This document shows positions 18,897 to 28,350 of a stretch of DNA of 64,000 bases, piece after piece. The position numbers and the translations under genes are program-made. The notes under the pieces were generated by a model. It did not search any database and was not told the DNA's origin. It worked only from the letters and a program-made list of their open reading frames with translations. Numbering within the stretch: position 1 is the stretch's first letter; each line of letters begins with the position of its first letter. The DNA lies in assembly GCA_902772915.1 (NCBI GenBank), contig CACYCE010000022.1, positions 21,760 to 85,759 on the forward strand. Reading direction: 5' to 3'. The DNA comes from an uncultured Erysipelotrichaceae bacterium (lineage in GTDB: Bacteria > Bacillota_I > Bacilli_A > RFN20 > CAG-288).

Positions 18897-19754
18897 ATGA
18901 AAAACAGACAAAGATTACTATCCGCTTTATTAGTTTCCACCGCTGCTTTAAGTTTACAAGCCTGCGGAAATAACCCTGTTACTACTAACGAGTTAATCAT
19001 AGGTTTAGAGTGTAACTACGCTCCTTTCAACTGGACTGAAAATAGCGCTAATGAATTCACTTTACCTATTTCTAATCATCCTGGTCAATACGCTGATGGT
19101 TACGACATTCAAATCGCTAAATTATTAGGCCAAAAAACAGGTAAGAGCGTTAAGATTGTCGCTACTGAATGGACTTCTTTAGTTCCTGATTTAGCCGCCG
19201 GTAACATCAACGCTATCATCGCTGGTATGACCGATACTGAAGAAAGAAGAAAAACTATTGATTTCACCACTGAATATTATCACTCTGAATTAGTTTTAGT
19301 TACTTCCGCTACTATCGCTAATCAATTTGAAGGAAGAATTATCAGTGAAAGTGAATTTAGAACTTTCATCTCTTCTAAAAAAGTAATCTCTCAAGTCGAA
19401 ACTGTCACAGACAGCGTCATCGATATCTTCGCTAATAATTATGGTGCTATTCACGCCACTCCTTTAAGTTCTTTCGCTTTAGCGGCTACCGATGTCTCCA
19501 ATGGTTCAGTTGATATGATGACTGCTGAATTGCCTGTTGCTAATTCTATCGTGTCTTCTTTCACCAATTTAGGTATCGTTCACATTTCACAATCAATTTT
19601 AGGTGAATCTCAAGCTGAATTAGGGGTTTCTATTGGTATAGCTAAAGGTAATATCGAATTAGCTAACGCTTTAAATAAGGCTTTAGCTGAAATAAGCGAT
19701 TCTCGAAGAATGGAATTAATGAGTGCGGCTATTTCGAGAAGCACTAATAAATGA
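18897..19754 (+). CDS. Amino-acid ABC transporter substrate-binding lipoprotein (probably lysine/basic amino acid)
   Basis: Start reassigned to the ATG preceded by GGAGG. Signal peptide plus lipobox LSLQAC. Type-3 periplasmic binding fold. Confidence 0.8.
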   Translation: MKNRQRLLSALLVSTAALSLQACGNNPVTTNELIIGLECNYAPFNWTENSANEFTLPISNHPGQYADGYDIQIAKLLGQKTGKSVKIVATEWTSLVPDLAAGNINAIIAGMTDTEERRKTIDFTTEYYHSELVLVTSATIANQFEGRIISESEFRTFISSKKVISQVETVTDSVIDIFANNYGAIHATPLSSFALAATDVSNGSVDMMTAELPVANSIVSSFTNLGIVHISQSILGESQAELGVSIGIAKGNIELANALNKALAEISDSRRMELMSAAISRSTNK

Positions 19755-20524
19755 ACCTGTTTGAGCAAGTAGGATACTTACTTTCAAATTATTGGCTCTG
19801 GTTTTTAGAGGGTTTAGCCGCTACAATCATACTCTCTGTAGTCGGAACCATAGGTGGTTTGATGATAGGTATCTTCTTAGCCTTAGGCTCCCGTATTAAA
19901 ATCGGTAAACACGATAAGTGGTATAACAAGACATGGAAAGGATTTATTCGAGGCTTTTGCTATTTTTACTCGACAGTAATTAGAGGAACGCCGATGATGG
20001 TTCAAGCCATGATCTTTAAATATTCCTGCCAAGGCGCAGGTTTAAATTTCAATAACGTCTTAACTGGTATTCCCGTTTTCGATGGTTGGTTAATTGCTGG
20101 TTTAGTAGTTATTACTTTAAATACCGCAGCCTATATGGGTGAAATTGTTAAATCCGGTTTAAACGGCATCTCTAAAGGTCAAATTGAAGCAGCTAGAAGT
20201 TTAGGTATGACTAGAAATCAATCTATGTTCTCAGTCGCCTTACCTCAAGCTATTAAAAATTCCATTCCCACAATCGGTTCTGAGTGGATTGTTAACATCA
20301 AAGATTCTTCAGTCTTAAATGTCATCGGTGTTACAGAACTTTACTTCATGTCTAATCAAGCAGCGAATAAAGGTTATATGTTTATCGCTTCTTACACTAT
20401 CATCGCCTTAATTTATTTGATGTTAACTTTATGCACTAATGGAATCTTGCATATTGCAAAGATCAAATTAGATGGAAAGAAAGTATCCTTCCCTCTATTC
20501 CATTATCAAAAGAAAGCGAGTTAA
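19751..20524 (+). CDS. Amino-acid ABC transporter permease (His/Glu/Gln/Arg/opine family)
   Basis: 257 aa. EAA-like loop [25 protein letters not shown]. Confidence 0.85.
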   Translation: MNLFEQVGYLLSNYWLWFLEGLAATIILSVVGTIGGLMIGIFLALGSRIKIGKHDKWYNKTWKGFIRGFCYFYSTVIRGTPMMVQAMIFKYSCQGAGLNFNNVLTGIPVFDGWLIAGLVVITLNTAAYMGEIVKSGLNGISKGQIEAARSLGMTRNQSMFSVALPQAIKNSIPTIGSEWIVNIKDSSVLNVIGVTELYFMSNQAANKGYMFIASYTIIALIYLMLTLCTNGILHIAKIKLDGKKVSFPLFHYQKKAS

Positions 20525-20529
20525 TATTT

Positions 20530-21267
20530 ATGGAAAATCAACCTATTATTGAAGTTAAACATCTCGCTAAATCATTTGATGGTACTGCAGTTTTAAACGA
20601 TGTTTCCTTACAAGTTAAAAAGGGTCAATGTCTTGCTATAATCGGCCCTTCAGGGGGAGGAAAATCCACTCTCTTACGTTGTCTAAACAAATTAGAATCA
20701 CCTGATTCAGGAGAAATCTTATTTAAAGGTGAAAATATTCTTTCTCACACAGTCAATACTAATCATATTAGATCTAAATTAGGCATGGTCTTCCAATCTT
20801 TCAATTTGTTCTTAAACATGAACGTCATTGAAAACTGTACCTTAGCTCAAATCAAAGTTCTTCATAGATCTAAAGAAGAGGCTTGTCAAATTGCAAAAAA
20901 GAATTTAGAAGCAGTAGGAATGTTAAACAAAATTGAAGCGCGCCCTAGCGAATTATCCGGAGGTCAACAACAGAGAATCGCTATTGCTAGAGCTTTATGT
21001 ATGGATCCTGAAGCTATATTATTTGATGAACCTACTTCCGCTTTAGATCCAGAAATGACTGTTGAAGTCTTACAGGTTATGAAAGATTTAGCTAGTAAGG
21101 GTCTTACTATGGTTGTAGTCACCCACGAAATGTCATTTGCGAAAAACGTCGCTAGTGAAGTCATATTTATGGATAAAGGCGTCGTAGCAGAACAAGGTAC
21201 CCCCGAATATATTTTCGAGCAATGTCAAAACCCTCGTTTGAAATCTTTCTTGGGTTTTTCAAAATAA
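20530..21267 (+). CDS. Amino-acid ABC transporter ATP-binding protein
   Basis: 245 aa. Walker [10 protein letters not shown], signature [15 protein letters not shown], Walker [12 protein letters not shown]. Confidence 0.9.
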   Translation: MENQPIIEVKHLAKSFDGTAVLNDVSLQVKKGQCLAIIGPSGGGKSTLLRCLNKLESPDSGEILFKGENILSHTVNTNHIRSKLGMVFQSFNLFLNMNVIENCTLAQIKVLHRSKEEACQIAKKNLEAVGMLNKIEARPSELSGGQQQRIAIARALCMDPEAILFDEPTSALDPEMTVEVLQVMKDLASKGLTMVVVTHEMSFAKNVASEVIFMDKGVVAEQGTPEYIFEQCQNPRLKSFLGFSK

Positions 21268-21276
21268 TGCACTATA

Positions 21277-21301
21277 ATACACCTCAAGAGGTGTATTTTT
21301 T
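21277..21301 (+). terminator. Terminator after the ABC operon
   Basis: TACACCT-caag-AGGTGTA followed by TTTTTT. Confidence 0.5.
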
Positions 21302-21721
21302 ATGAAAAATCGCAATTATTCTGGAACAACCGTTATTCAATTTTCCAACATTAAGAAGATAGCTAACAAAAATATTAGAATTGCTTGTTATATATTGTTC
21401 TTTGCAGTTTTTGCCACAACTATAGCAACCATCACTTTTGGTATTATTATGGCTGTGCTTAAAGCCGGATCCAAAAGCAACTACATGATCTTTTTCTTAG
21501 TTTTCTTCGGCCTAACTTTCGTTAATGTTATTATTCTTTCTATTCTCTACAGAGTTGGTTATTTGAAACCATTCGGTATAAATAAAGATGGCTCGTATTT
21601 AGATGGCTATAAATCTGAAGAAATTAAAAAGCACGACTTAAATAGAGATGCCCATAAAACTTACTATAACTTCACTGATAACGAAAATAGCGAGGATGAA
21701 TCTTCTAAATCTAACAAATAA
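21302..21721 (+). CDS. Hypothetical 2-TM membrane protein with an acidic C-terminal tail
   Basis: 139 aa. The start abuts the upstream terminator, so the real start is uncertain. Confidence 0.35.
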   Translation: MKNRNYSGTTVIQFSNIKKIANKNIRIACYILFFAVFATTIATITFGIIMAVLKAGSKSNYMIFFLVFFGLTFVNVIILSILYRVGYLKPFGINKDGSYLDGYKSEEIKKHDLNRDAHKTYYNFTDNENSEDESSKSNK

Positions 21722-21783
21722 TGTCCTAATTGAACTGAAATCAATGATGCTAAAAAAACGACCTTTGAAAGGTCGTTTTATTT

Positions 21784-22620
21784 TTATTCTTTAGTAATCA
21801 TATCAGCTTTTCTATTGATGAGTTCTCTAATCGAGATTTCATCGATAATCAATTGCATGTATTTTTCTAATTCAGAAGAAGCGGAGTAATCGGCTTTAGC
21901 CACAAAATTAACTCTATCTTCATGAACTAATTTTACAACTTCATTTTTATCTTGCTCTCTGGAATATAAAGCTATAGATTTACCACCGTTATTATGAGCG
22001 AGAATCATCGCGGGAATATCTGTCATTCCATCTCCCAAATAAACCATGTTGCGGTATTGGATTCTTCTCTTCTCGTTCTTTTGATTAACCTTAACTTCAT
22101 CTGCGGTTTTAAATGTACCTTTTGAGACTCTGAAGAAATATTGCGTTTTTTGAGTAAAGTTAATACAAATCTTAGGCCAAATAGCTTCTTTAGTTTTTAA
22201 ATCGTAGACAAATTCACAGCCGAAGACTTTTTTAAATTCTTTTGCAATAGGACATCCATCGATGATTTCCTTGTTACCAGAAGATATAATGTAATGCTCT
22301 ACTTTTACACCTCTTGATTCTCCATAAGCATTAATTCTACTAAACCAAGTTAGAACACCTTTGAAGAATTTAATATTTTTACCATATTCGTGAAGCTTCT
22401 CTTTAGTAAGATGAATACCTTTTTCTTTAGCTTTTTGAATCATCATAAACATATATGCTAGAGTGCGATCAGAATCAGCTTTCTCTGCAAACTCATTAGT
22501 CATACTCCAGAACTCAGCAGGTGTTATTCCTAATTCAGGAATAAAACCGAAATTTTGCATATAATCAGATGAGAGGGTCTTATCGAAATCATACATGATT
22601 GCCATCAATGTTTTTTTCAT
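21784..22620 (-). CDS. HAD-superfamily hydrolase
   Basis: 278 aa. Motif I YDFDKTL (DxDxT) and motif IV YLGDGMTD. Confidence 0.6.
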   Translation of the reverse strand: MKKTLMAIMYDFDKTLSSDYMQNFGFIPELGITPAEFWSMTNEFAEKADSDRTLAYMFMMIQKAKEKGIHLTKEKLHEYGKNIKFFKGVLTWFSRINAYGESRGVKVEHYIISSGNKEIIDGCPIAKEFKKVFGCEFVYDLKTKEAIWPKICINFTQKTQYFFRVSKGTFKTADEVKVNQKNEKRRIQYRNMVYLGDGMTDIPAMILAHNNGGKSIALYSREQDKNEVVKLVHEDRVNFVAKADYSASSELEKYMQLIIDEISIRELINRKADMITKE

Positions 22621-22694
22621 CTTGAATCTCCTTTAATAAGCAAATATATTATATAGGTTTTTTTATAAATATTGAATTATCCCACTAGTTTCCT

Positions 22695-24029
22695 TTGTAT
22701 AATATGAATATGGAAGTTAAAATCGATAGTTACATTACTGAGAAGTCGAATTTAAATAATCTCTCTATAGAAATCAACAGAGCTATAGAAGACGCTTCTA
22801 AATTAGCTTTTTCGAAAGTTGTATTTTCCAAAAACAAAACTTACAGAGCTGGAACAATCTATTTAAAAAGCAACGTAGAATTAGTTCTAGAAGAAGGTAG
22901 TTTACTTTTAGCTTCTGATAATATCCAAGACTTTTCAAAAAATGGAAATGTTCAAGATAAGAAGTTAGATAAACCAACATGGGAAGATTGTTCGTATAAT
23001 GGTAATCCAACTTTATTCTTTATTTATGGTAAAGATCTAGAAAATGTCAAAATAAGTGGACCTGGTCATATCGACGGAAACGAGAAAATCTTCTATGGCA
23101 AAATCAGTAATTATCACATAGATGGTTATTTCTATCCTCGCGTTCCTCTTTTATATTTAGAGAACATTGAAAATTTAATTATTGAAAATATAACCTTCCA
23201 GCACAGTGCTTTCTGGACTACGCATTTAGTGGGATGTAGAGATGTTATCATAAATAGACTTATTATCGATAATAATTTAATTCTCGCTAACTGCGATGGC
23301 ATCGATCCTGATCATTGTCAAAATGTCAGAATTACTAATTGTAAAATATCTTGTGCGGATGACTGTATAGTTTTTAAAACTACTTCGGGAAATAAGAAAT
23401 ACGGAACTACTAGAAATATCTATGTCGATTCTTGTGTTTTAGAATCTACCTCCGCAGCAATTAAATTTGGAAGCGAATCTACACAAGACTTTCACAATAT
23501 AAAAATATCTAATTGTAAAATTGTTAATTCCAACAGAGGTATATCTTTTCAACTTCGCGATGAAGGAAATATTTCTAATGTCTATTTTGAAAATATGGAC
23601 ATTAAAACTCATCTATTTTCTCCTATTGAATGGTGGGGAAAAGGCGAACCTATTTATATATCTGCAGTTAAAAGAGATGAGAATACATCCCTAGGTTTCA
23701 TCAGCAATATTCATTTTAAAAATATAAACGCGCATTCAGAATCACCTTTATTCATCTATTCCCAAAATAACAATATCTCTAGAATTATATTTGAAGATTG
23801 TAATTTCGATATTAAAGAAATAACTAAGTGGGAACATAATATCCACGATTTAAGGCCTTCTTCTTATTATTCTCAACCTTTTTCTAGCCCTTTTTATCAA
23901 GCATATATACAAAATTCTAAGGATGTAAAATTGTTAAATTGCAATTTTAACTCCGCTATTAAATCTGATAAAGAACCTATTTACTCTTTAAATTCAGAAA
24001 TCGAGGCAAAAAACACAAAATTTAATTAA
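22695..24029 (+). CDS. Right-handed beta-helix glycoside hydrolase, GH28 (polygalacturonase)-like
   Basis: 444 aa. NCDGIDPD ... CADDCIVFKT ... RGISFQ arrangement typical of GH28 / pectate-lyase-fold enzymes. Confidence 0.6.
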   Translation: MYNMNMEVKIDSYITEKSNLNNLSIEINRAIEDASKLAFSKVVFSKNKTYRAGTIYLKSNVELVLEEGSLLLASDNIQDFSKNGNVQDKKLDKPTWEDCSYNGNPTLFFIYGKDLENVKISGPGHIDGNEKIFYGKISNYHIDGYFYPRVPLLYLENIENLIIENITFQHSAFWTTHLVGCRDVIINRLIIDNNLILANCDGIDPDHCQNVRITNCKISCADDCIVFKTTSGNKKYGTTRNIYVDSCVLESTSAAIKFGSESTQDFHNIKISNCKIVNSNRGISFQLRDEGNISNVYFENMDIKTHLFSPIEWWGKGEPIYISAVKRDENTSLGFISNIHFKNINAHSESPLFIYSQNNNISRIIFEDCNFDIKEITKWEHNIHDLRPSSYYSQPFSSPFYQAYIQNSKDVKLLNCNFNSAIKSDKEPIYSLNSEIEAKNTKFN

Positions 24030-24130
24030 TATCTATTTAATATCGATTTTTTTATATATATAATAATTTCATAAGATTTATTATCGACTTTATAGTTGGT
24101 ATAAATAATTTTTTACTTTAAGGAGGAAAT

Positions 24131-26305
24131 ATGAAAGTAAAAAGCAAAACAAGTTTATGGGTGTTCTTTTGCTTAGCCTTTGTCACTATTGTTGCATCCG
24201 TTTTAGTTTTGGGATTCACTCAAGCTGACTTCTGGTCAAAGTTCACCAGCCTATTTGGAGAATTTAACACTTTCTTCAATGATATCATGGTCGTTTTCCA
24301 AAGAACCGCTTCAAGTCCTGTCGTAGTCAATGGTTGGATTGGAGTCGGTGGTGCCGTAGTCGTCATTTTCGTTATTGTAATGTGGGTTATCGCCTTAATC
24401 AGACACAAAGTTAGTAGAGTTCAATCATCTGTCGCTTTATTAGTTACTGCTCTTTTAGTTTGTGTCACTACCTTCGCTTTATTAAATTACGATAGAAACA
24501 CCAACAATGCCTTCGCTAGCGCTTTACTAAAATTAATACAAAATAATGCTAGTGCTTGGCCTACTTTAGTTGTATTAGTTGTTACTTTATTATTCGTTTT
24601 AGGTGGCATCTTCACTTTCTTAGCTTGTGTTAGTGCTGTTAGCGGATCTGCTAAACAAGAAAAAGTCGCTGAAGTTGCTGCACAACCTCAAGAAGAAAAA
24701 GTTGAAGAAGCTAAAGAAGAACCTGCTCCTGTTGAAGAACCTAAACAAGAAGAAAAGGTCGAAGAAGCTAAAGAAGAACCTGCTCCTCAACCTGCTCCTG
24801 TAGCCGAGGAAGAACCTAAACAAGAAGAGAAGGTTGAAGAAGTTAAAGAAGAACCTACTCCTGTTGAAGAACCTAAACAAGAAGAAAAGGTTGAAGAACC
24901 TAAAGAAGAAAAGGTTGAAGAAGCTAAAGAAGAACCTGCTCCTGTTGAAGAACCTAAACAAGAAGAAAAGGTCGAAGAACCTGCTCCTCAACCCGAACCT
25001 GAACCCGCTGCTGCTGTTGCTGCAGCTGCTGTAGTTGCTGCTGACGAAGAAGAGGAAGAAAGCAATGAAGAAAATCAATCTAAGAATAGAGCTCCTAGAG
25101 TTAAATTCGAAGATAAGATTGAAAAAGCTGATCCTGAAGTCAAATCTGCTTATGAAGAATTAAAGGCTTACGCCTTAGCTTATGGTGTTAAATCTAGAGT
25201 CTCCTCTGCTGGTGATACTTTCCACTTACACACTAAGAGATATATCAAGATGGTTGTCGCTGGTTCTAGATTAAAGTTATACTTCGCTTTAAATCCTAAA
25301 GATTATGAGAACGCTTCATTCAAAGTTGGTGATGCTTCTTCCATGAAGAATTCTGAAGATATTCCTTTAGTTTATAAAGTCACTTCTAACTTAGCGGTTA
25401 AGAGAGCCAAATCTTTAATCGATGATGTTATGAAGAAAGATGGTTTAGTTCAAAAAGAAATCAAACCTTTACCTAAAGTTGAAAAGAAACCTGCCGCTCC
25501 TAAGAAGAAACCCGCTCCTAAGAAAGTCGTCGCTCCTGTAGTCGAACCTTCCGATCCCGAGCAAAAATATTCAGGTAAATATGAAGTCTATCCTGAAGCT
25601 GGATTATTCAAATTCAGATTAAAAGCTTCTAATGGTGAAATCTTATTAGTCTCCAATGGTTATAAATCTAGAGAAGGTGCCATTGGTGGTATCAACACTT
25701 TAAAGAACGCTATGCCTGCTGGTAAAGCCACTATCGTCACTGATAAGAAAGGCTTCTCTCAATTTAGAATTTCCACCGCTAATGATGCTAGAGTCATCAT
25801 CACCGGTGAATTCTACAATTCCTTATCTTCTTGTCAATCAGCCTTAGCTTCCGCTGAGAAGTTCTGCACCACCGGTAAGATTGTCCAATTAGATGAAATC
25901 CCCGATGATGAAGTAAGAGAATACATTGTCGAATTACCTAAGACTACTAAGTTAGATAATGGTAAATTAGAATTATACATTGACGAAGCTGACAACAAGT
26001 GGAGAGGTAGATTATCAGCCTCCAACGGTGAAGTCTTATTCGTCACTACTTCCTACTCCTCAAAGCAAGGTCTCAACAATGGTATTAAAGCTATTAAAGA
26101 TAAGATCAATGGCAATAATGTCAGAGTTGAAAGAGATAAGCAAAACAGATGGCAATTTAAGTTATTAACTGACAACGGTCAATTAGTCGTCGTTGGTGAA
26201 ACTTACGCTTCTAAAGATTCTGCTATCTCCGCTGCTACTTCTGTTAAGAACTTCATCGACAACGCTAAAGTCATCGATTTAACCAAAGCTCCTAAAGAAG
26301 AATAA
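24131..26305 (+). CDS. Membrane-anchored protein with an E/P/K-rich repetitive linker and four C-terminal YegP/DUF1508 domains
   Basis: 724 aa. About 4 N-terminal TM helices. Imperfect 19-aa repeats (EEPKQEEKVEEAKEEPAPV) and a KP-rich linker. Four units of the form KFRLKASNGEILLVSNGYKS / WRGRLSASNGEVLFVTTSYSS / WQFKLLTDNGQLVVVGETYAS match the YegP (UPF0339) signature. Confidence 0.6.
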   Translation: MKVKSKTSLWVFFCLAFVTIVASVLVLGFTQADFWSKFTSLFGEFNTFFNDIMVVFQRTASSPVVVNGWIGVGGAVVVIFVIVMWVIALIRHKVSRVQSSVALLVTALLVCVTTFALLNYDRNTNNAFASALLKLIQNNASAWPTLVVLVVTLLFVLGGIFTFLACVSAVSGSAKQEKVAEVAAQPQEEKVEEAKEEPAPVEEPKQEEKVEEAKEEPAPQPAPVAEEEPKQEEKVEEVKEEPTPVEEPKQEEKVEEPKEEKVEEAKEEPAPVEEPKQEEKVEEPAPQPEPEPAAAVAAAAVVAADEEEEESNEENQSKNRAPRVKFEDKIEKADPEVKSAYEELKAYALAYGVKSRVSSAGDTFHLHTKRYIKMVVAGSRLKLYFALNPKDYENASFKVGDASSMKNSEDIPLVYKVTSNLAVKRAKSLIDDVMKKDGLVQKEIKPLPKVEKKPAAPKKKPAPKKVVAPVVEPSDPEQKYSGKYEVYPEAGLFKFRLKASNGEILLVSNGYKSREGAIGGINTLKNAMPAGKATIVTDKKGFSQFRISTANDARVIITGEFYNSLSSCQSALASAEKFCTTGKIVQLDEIPDDEVREYIVELPKTTKLDNGKLELYIDEADNKWRGRLSASNGEVLFVTTSYSSKQGLNNGIKAIKDKINGNNVRVERDKQNRWQFKLLTDNGQLVVVGETYASKDSAISAATSVKNFIDNAKVIDLTKAPKEE
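24660..25020 (+). repeat. In-frame imperfect tandem repeats (about 57-bp unit) encoding the EEPKQEEKVEE(A/P)KEEPAPV linker
   Basis: GAAGAACCTAAACAAGAAGAAAAGGT(C/T)GAAGAAGCTAAAGAAGAACCTGCTCCTGTT recurs at least 4-5 times with variants. Confidence 0.6.
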
Positions 26306-26345
26306 TTCTCATTGACAAAACACAAAAGGGACTGTTGATAATAAC
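26306..26345. terminator. Bidirectional terminator between convergent genes
   Basis: GGGACTGTTG-ataata-ACAATCCC (one mismatch) followed by TTTTTC. Confidence 0.45.
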
Positions 26346-26371
26346 AATCCCTTTTTCTATTGATAAATTAT

Positions 26372-27016
26372 TTAGTTATCTTTCCCTAATTCGTAATAAA
26401 ATAACTTTTTAATATCTTCTTCGGCTAAGAAAGGATAAATAGTATCTAGTTTTGAAATGTTCTTAAATTCACCTTCGATATATAAATCTACAAATTTAGA
26501 TAGAGCTTTTTGAGATACAAATGGAGCACATTTAATATAAGTACTTCCATCAGTTCCCTTTTCTGCACATTCTAATTTCTTGATGAATATAATGTCGCAA
26601 TCCTCTTCAGTAAAGAAAGGTAAAACTTTTTCTATATCTAATCTAGAAATAACTTCTTTATCTTCATCATTAGCAATTTTCAAAGCTAAATTGTGAAGTT
26701 CATCATCACTTAAGAAAGGAATAATCTTTGATATACGATCGGATTTTCTAGAGAAATTAATCGCTTCTTTTTCAGTGTTAATCATATCTTGAACACCGCT
26801 TAAAATCCTCGAAGAAATGTCTCTAACCTGATCTTTAATCATACTAAAATCAACATTCTTTTCTTTTGTATTATTTTCGTTTTTTCCGAAATTATTCGAT
26901 TCTTCAGATTTATTTTTTACTTCTTTAGGTTCTTCTTCGATAGAAACTTCACTAGATTCATCTTCGACTTCTTGATAATATTCTTTACCGTCAATTATGA
27001 CTTTTTTCAATTTCAC
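26372..27016 (-). CDS. Hypothetical acidic protein with three PF(L/F)..(E/D)E(D/L) repeats, partner of the XRE regulator
   Basis: 214 aa. Repeats IIPFLSDDELHNLALKI, VLPFFTEEDCDIIFIKKL and IYPFLAEEDIKKLFYY. Overlaps the upstream XRE gene by 26 nt. Confidence 0.45.
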   Translation of the reverse strand: MKLKKVIIDGKEYYQEVEDESSEVSIEEEPKEVKNKSEESNNFGKNENNTKEKNVDFSMIKDQVRDISSRILSGVQDMINTEKEAINFSRKSDRISKIIPFLSDDELHNLALKIANDEDKEVISRLDIEKVLPFFTEEDCDIIFIKKLECAEKGTDGSTYIKCAPFVSQKALSKFVDLYIEGEFKNISKLDTIYPFLAEEDIKKLFYYELGKDN

Positions 27017-27467
27017 GATATTTACCTCCGTTAAACAAATATCTCTCCGCTGATGTAAGTACTTTATATAGATCTTCCATATTGTCGTAATTTAATCTTC
27101 CTTCTTTTATCGCTAGGAGAATTCTCATTCTCTCTGAAGGTGAGAATTGATAGAAGACATCTTCAAATTTTAGTTTTAACTTCCCTTGCAAGATATTCGA
27201 GATTACATACTCTCGAGAATGCCCTAGGAAAATATTGTCTTTATCTACTACAATATCTTCATCTAAACAAAGTAGTTCATCAATTGAGACATTAAACACT
27301 TTAGAAAGAGTAATTAACGAATCTATAGAAGGGACTGATTGTCCGTGTTCATATCTAGATAAACCTTGTCTAGTTATAAACAATTTATCCGCTAATTCAT
27401 CTTGTGATAAGTTAGATTGGATTCTGAGCTCTTGAATCTTTTTACCAACTTTGACAAAATCAATCAT
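26991..27467 (-). CDS. XRE-family HTH transcriptional regulator with a C-terminal domain
   Basis: 158 aa. HTH LSQDELADKLFITRQGLSRYEHGQSVPSIDSLITLSKVFNVSIDEL. The C-terminal FYQFSPSERMRILLAIKEG resembles the partner's repeats. Confidence 0.75.
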   Translation of the reverse strand: MIDFVKVGKKIQELRIQSNLSQDELADKLFITRQGLSRYEHGQSVPSIDSLITLSKVFNVSIDELLCLDEDIVVDKDNIFLGHSREYVISNILQGKLKLKFEDVFYQFSPSERMRILLAIKEGRLNYDNMEDLYKVLTSAERYLFNGGKYREIEKSHN

Positions 27468-27591
27468 CGCTATTTCTCCTTCTTGATTTAATTTTACACT
27501 AATATCAAAAAATGTAACGCAATTGATAATTGCGCACTCAATTTAATATATTTTTAAATTTGTTCACATTAGAAAGGTTTAAAATTTTAAA

Positions 27592-28350
27592 TTATTTATT
27601 CTGATATTTTGTGTATTTATTTACATTGAGAATCTCTTCTGCATTTTTAATTCTCTCTTTTGAAGGGCTAAAGATATCTTTTAAACGATAAGGTATACCT
27701 AATTTTTCATATTTAGGTATAGCCAAGGCATGATAAGGTAAAACTTCTACTCTCTCGACATTATTTAATGATGCTATAAATTCACTAGTTCTTCTTAACA
27801 TTTCATCGTCATCTGTATAAGAAGGTACTAATACGTGTCTAATCCAGATAGGAAACCCTTTTTCATCTAGATATCTAAATAAGTCGATAATATTTTTATT
27901 ATCTTTACCAGTGATAGTTTTATGGATAGAACTATCTATAGATTTGATATCTAATAAAAATAAATCGACGTAATTTAACAATTCATTAAATTTAGAAAAG
28001 AACGGCTCTTCTCTACTAAAAGGCCCTCCCGCCGTATCTATTACTGTTGTAATCCCTTCTTTTTTAGCTAATTTCGCTAATGCTAAAATAAAATCTATTT
28101 GACTTAAAGGTTCCCCTCCAGAAATAGTAATACCTCCGTGATCTTTCCAATAAGGTTTATAACGAAGCATTTTATCTAAAGCTTGTTTAGGAGTTAAAGG
28201 ATTCTTTTTAATAAATTCCCAAGTTTCAGGATTGTGGCAATATAAACAACGAAAAGGGCAACCTTGTAAAAAGAGGACGGACCTTACACCTGGTCCGTCT
28301 ACTAAAGCAAATGATTCAAATGAGTCTATATAACCTAAAATATCTTCCAT
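27592..28350 (-). CDS. pflA: Pyruvate formate-lyase activating enzyme (radical SAM)
   Basis: 252 aa. CPFRCLYCHNPETW radical-SAM cysteine motif. Confidence 0.9.
   Translation of the reverse strand: MEDILGYIDSFESFALVDGPGVRSVLFLQGCPFRCLYCHNPETWEFIKKNPLTPKQALDKMLRYKPYWKDHGGITISGGEPLSQIDFILALAKLAKKEGITTVIDTAGGPFSREEPFFSKFNELLNYVDLFLLDIKSIDSSIHKTITGKDNKNIIDLFRYLDEKGFPIWIRHVLVPSYTDDDEMLRRTSEFIASLNNVERVEVLPYHALAIPKYEKLGIPYRLKDIFSPSKERIKNAEEILNVNKYTKYQNK

Noticed and set aside
24620-25078. 152-aa minus-strand ORF rich in F/R/S
   Set aside because: It is the antisense reading of the E/P/K tandem-repeat coding region of the 724-aa gene. It is low-complexity, repeat-driven, and has no RBS or start context.
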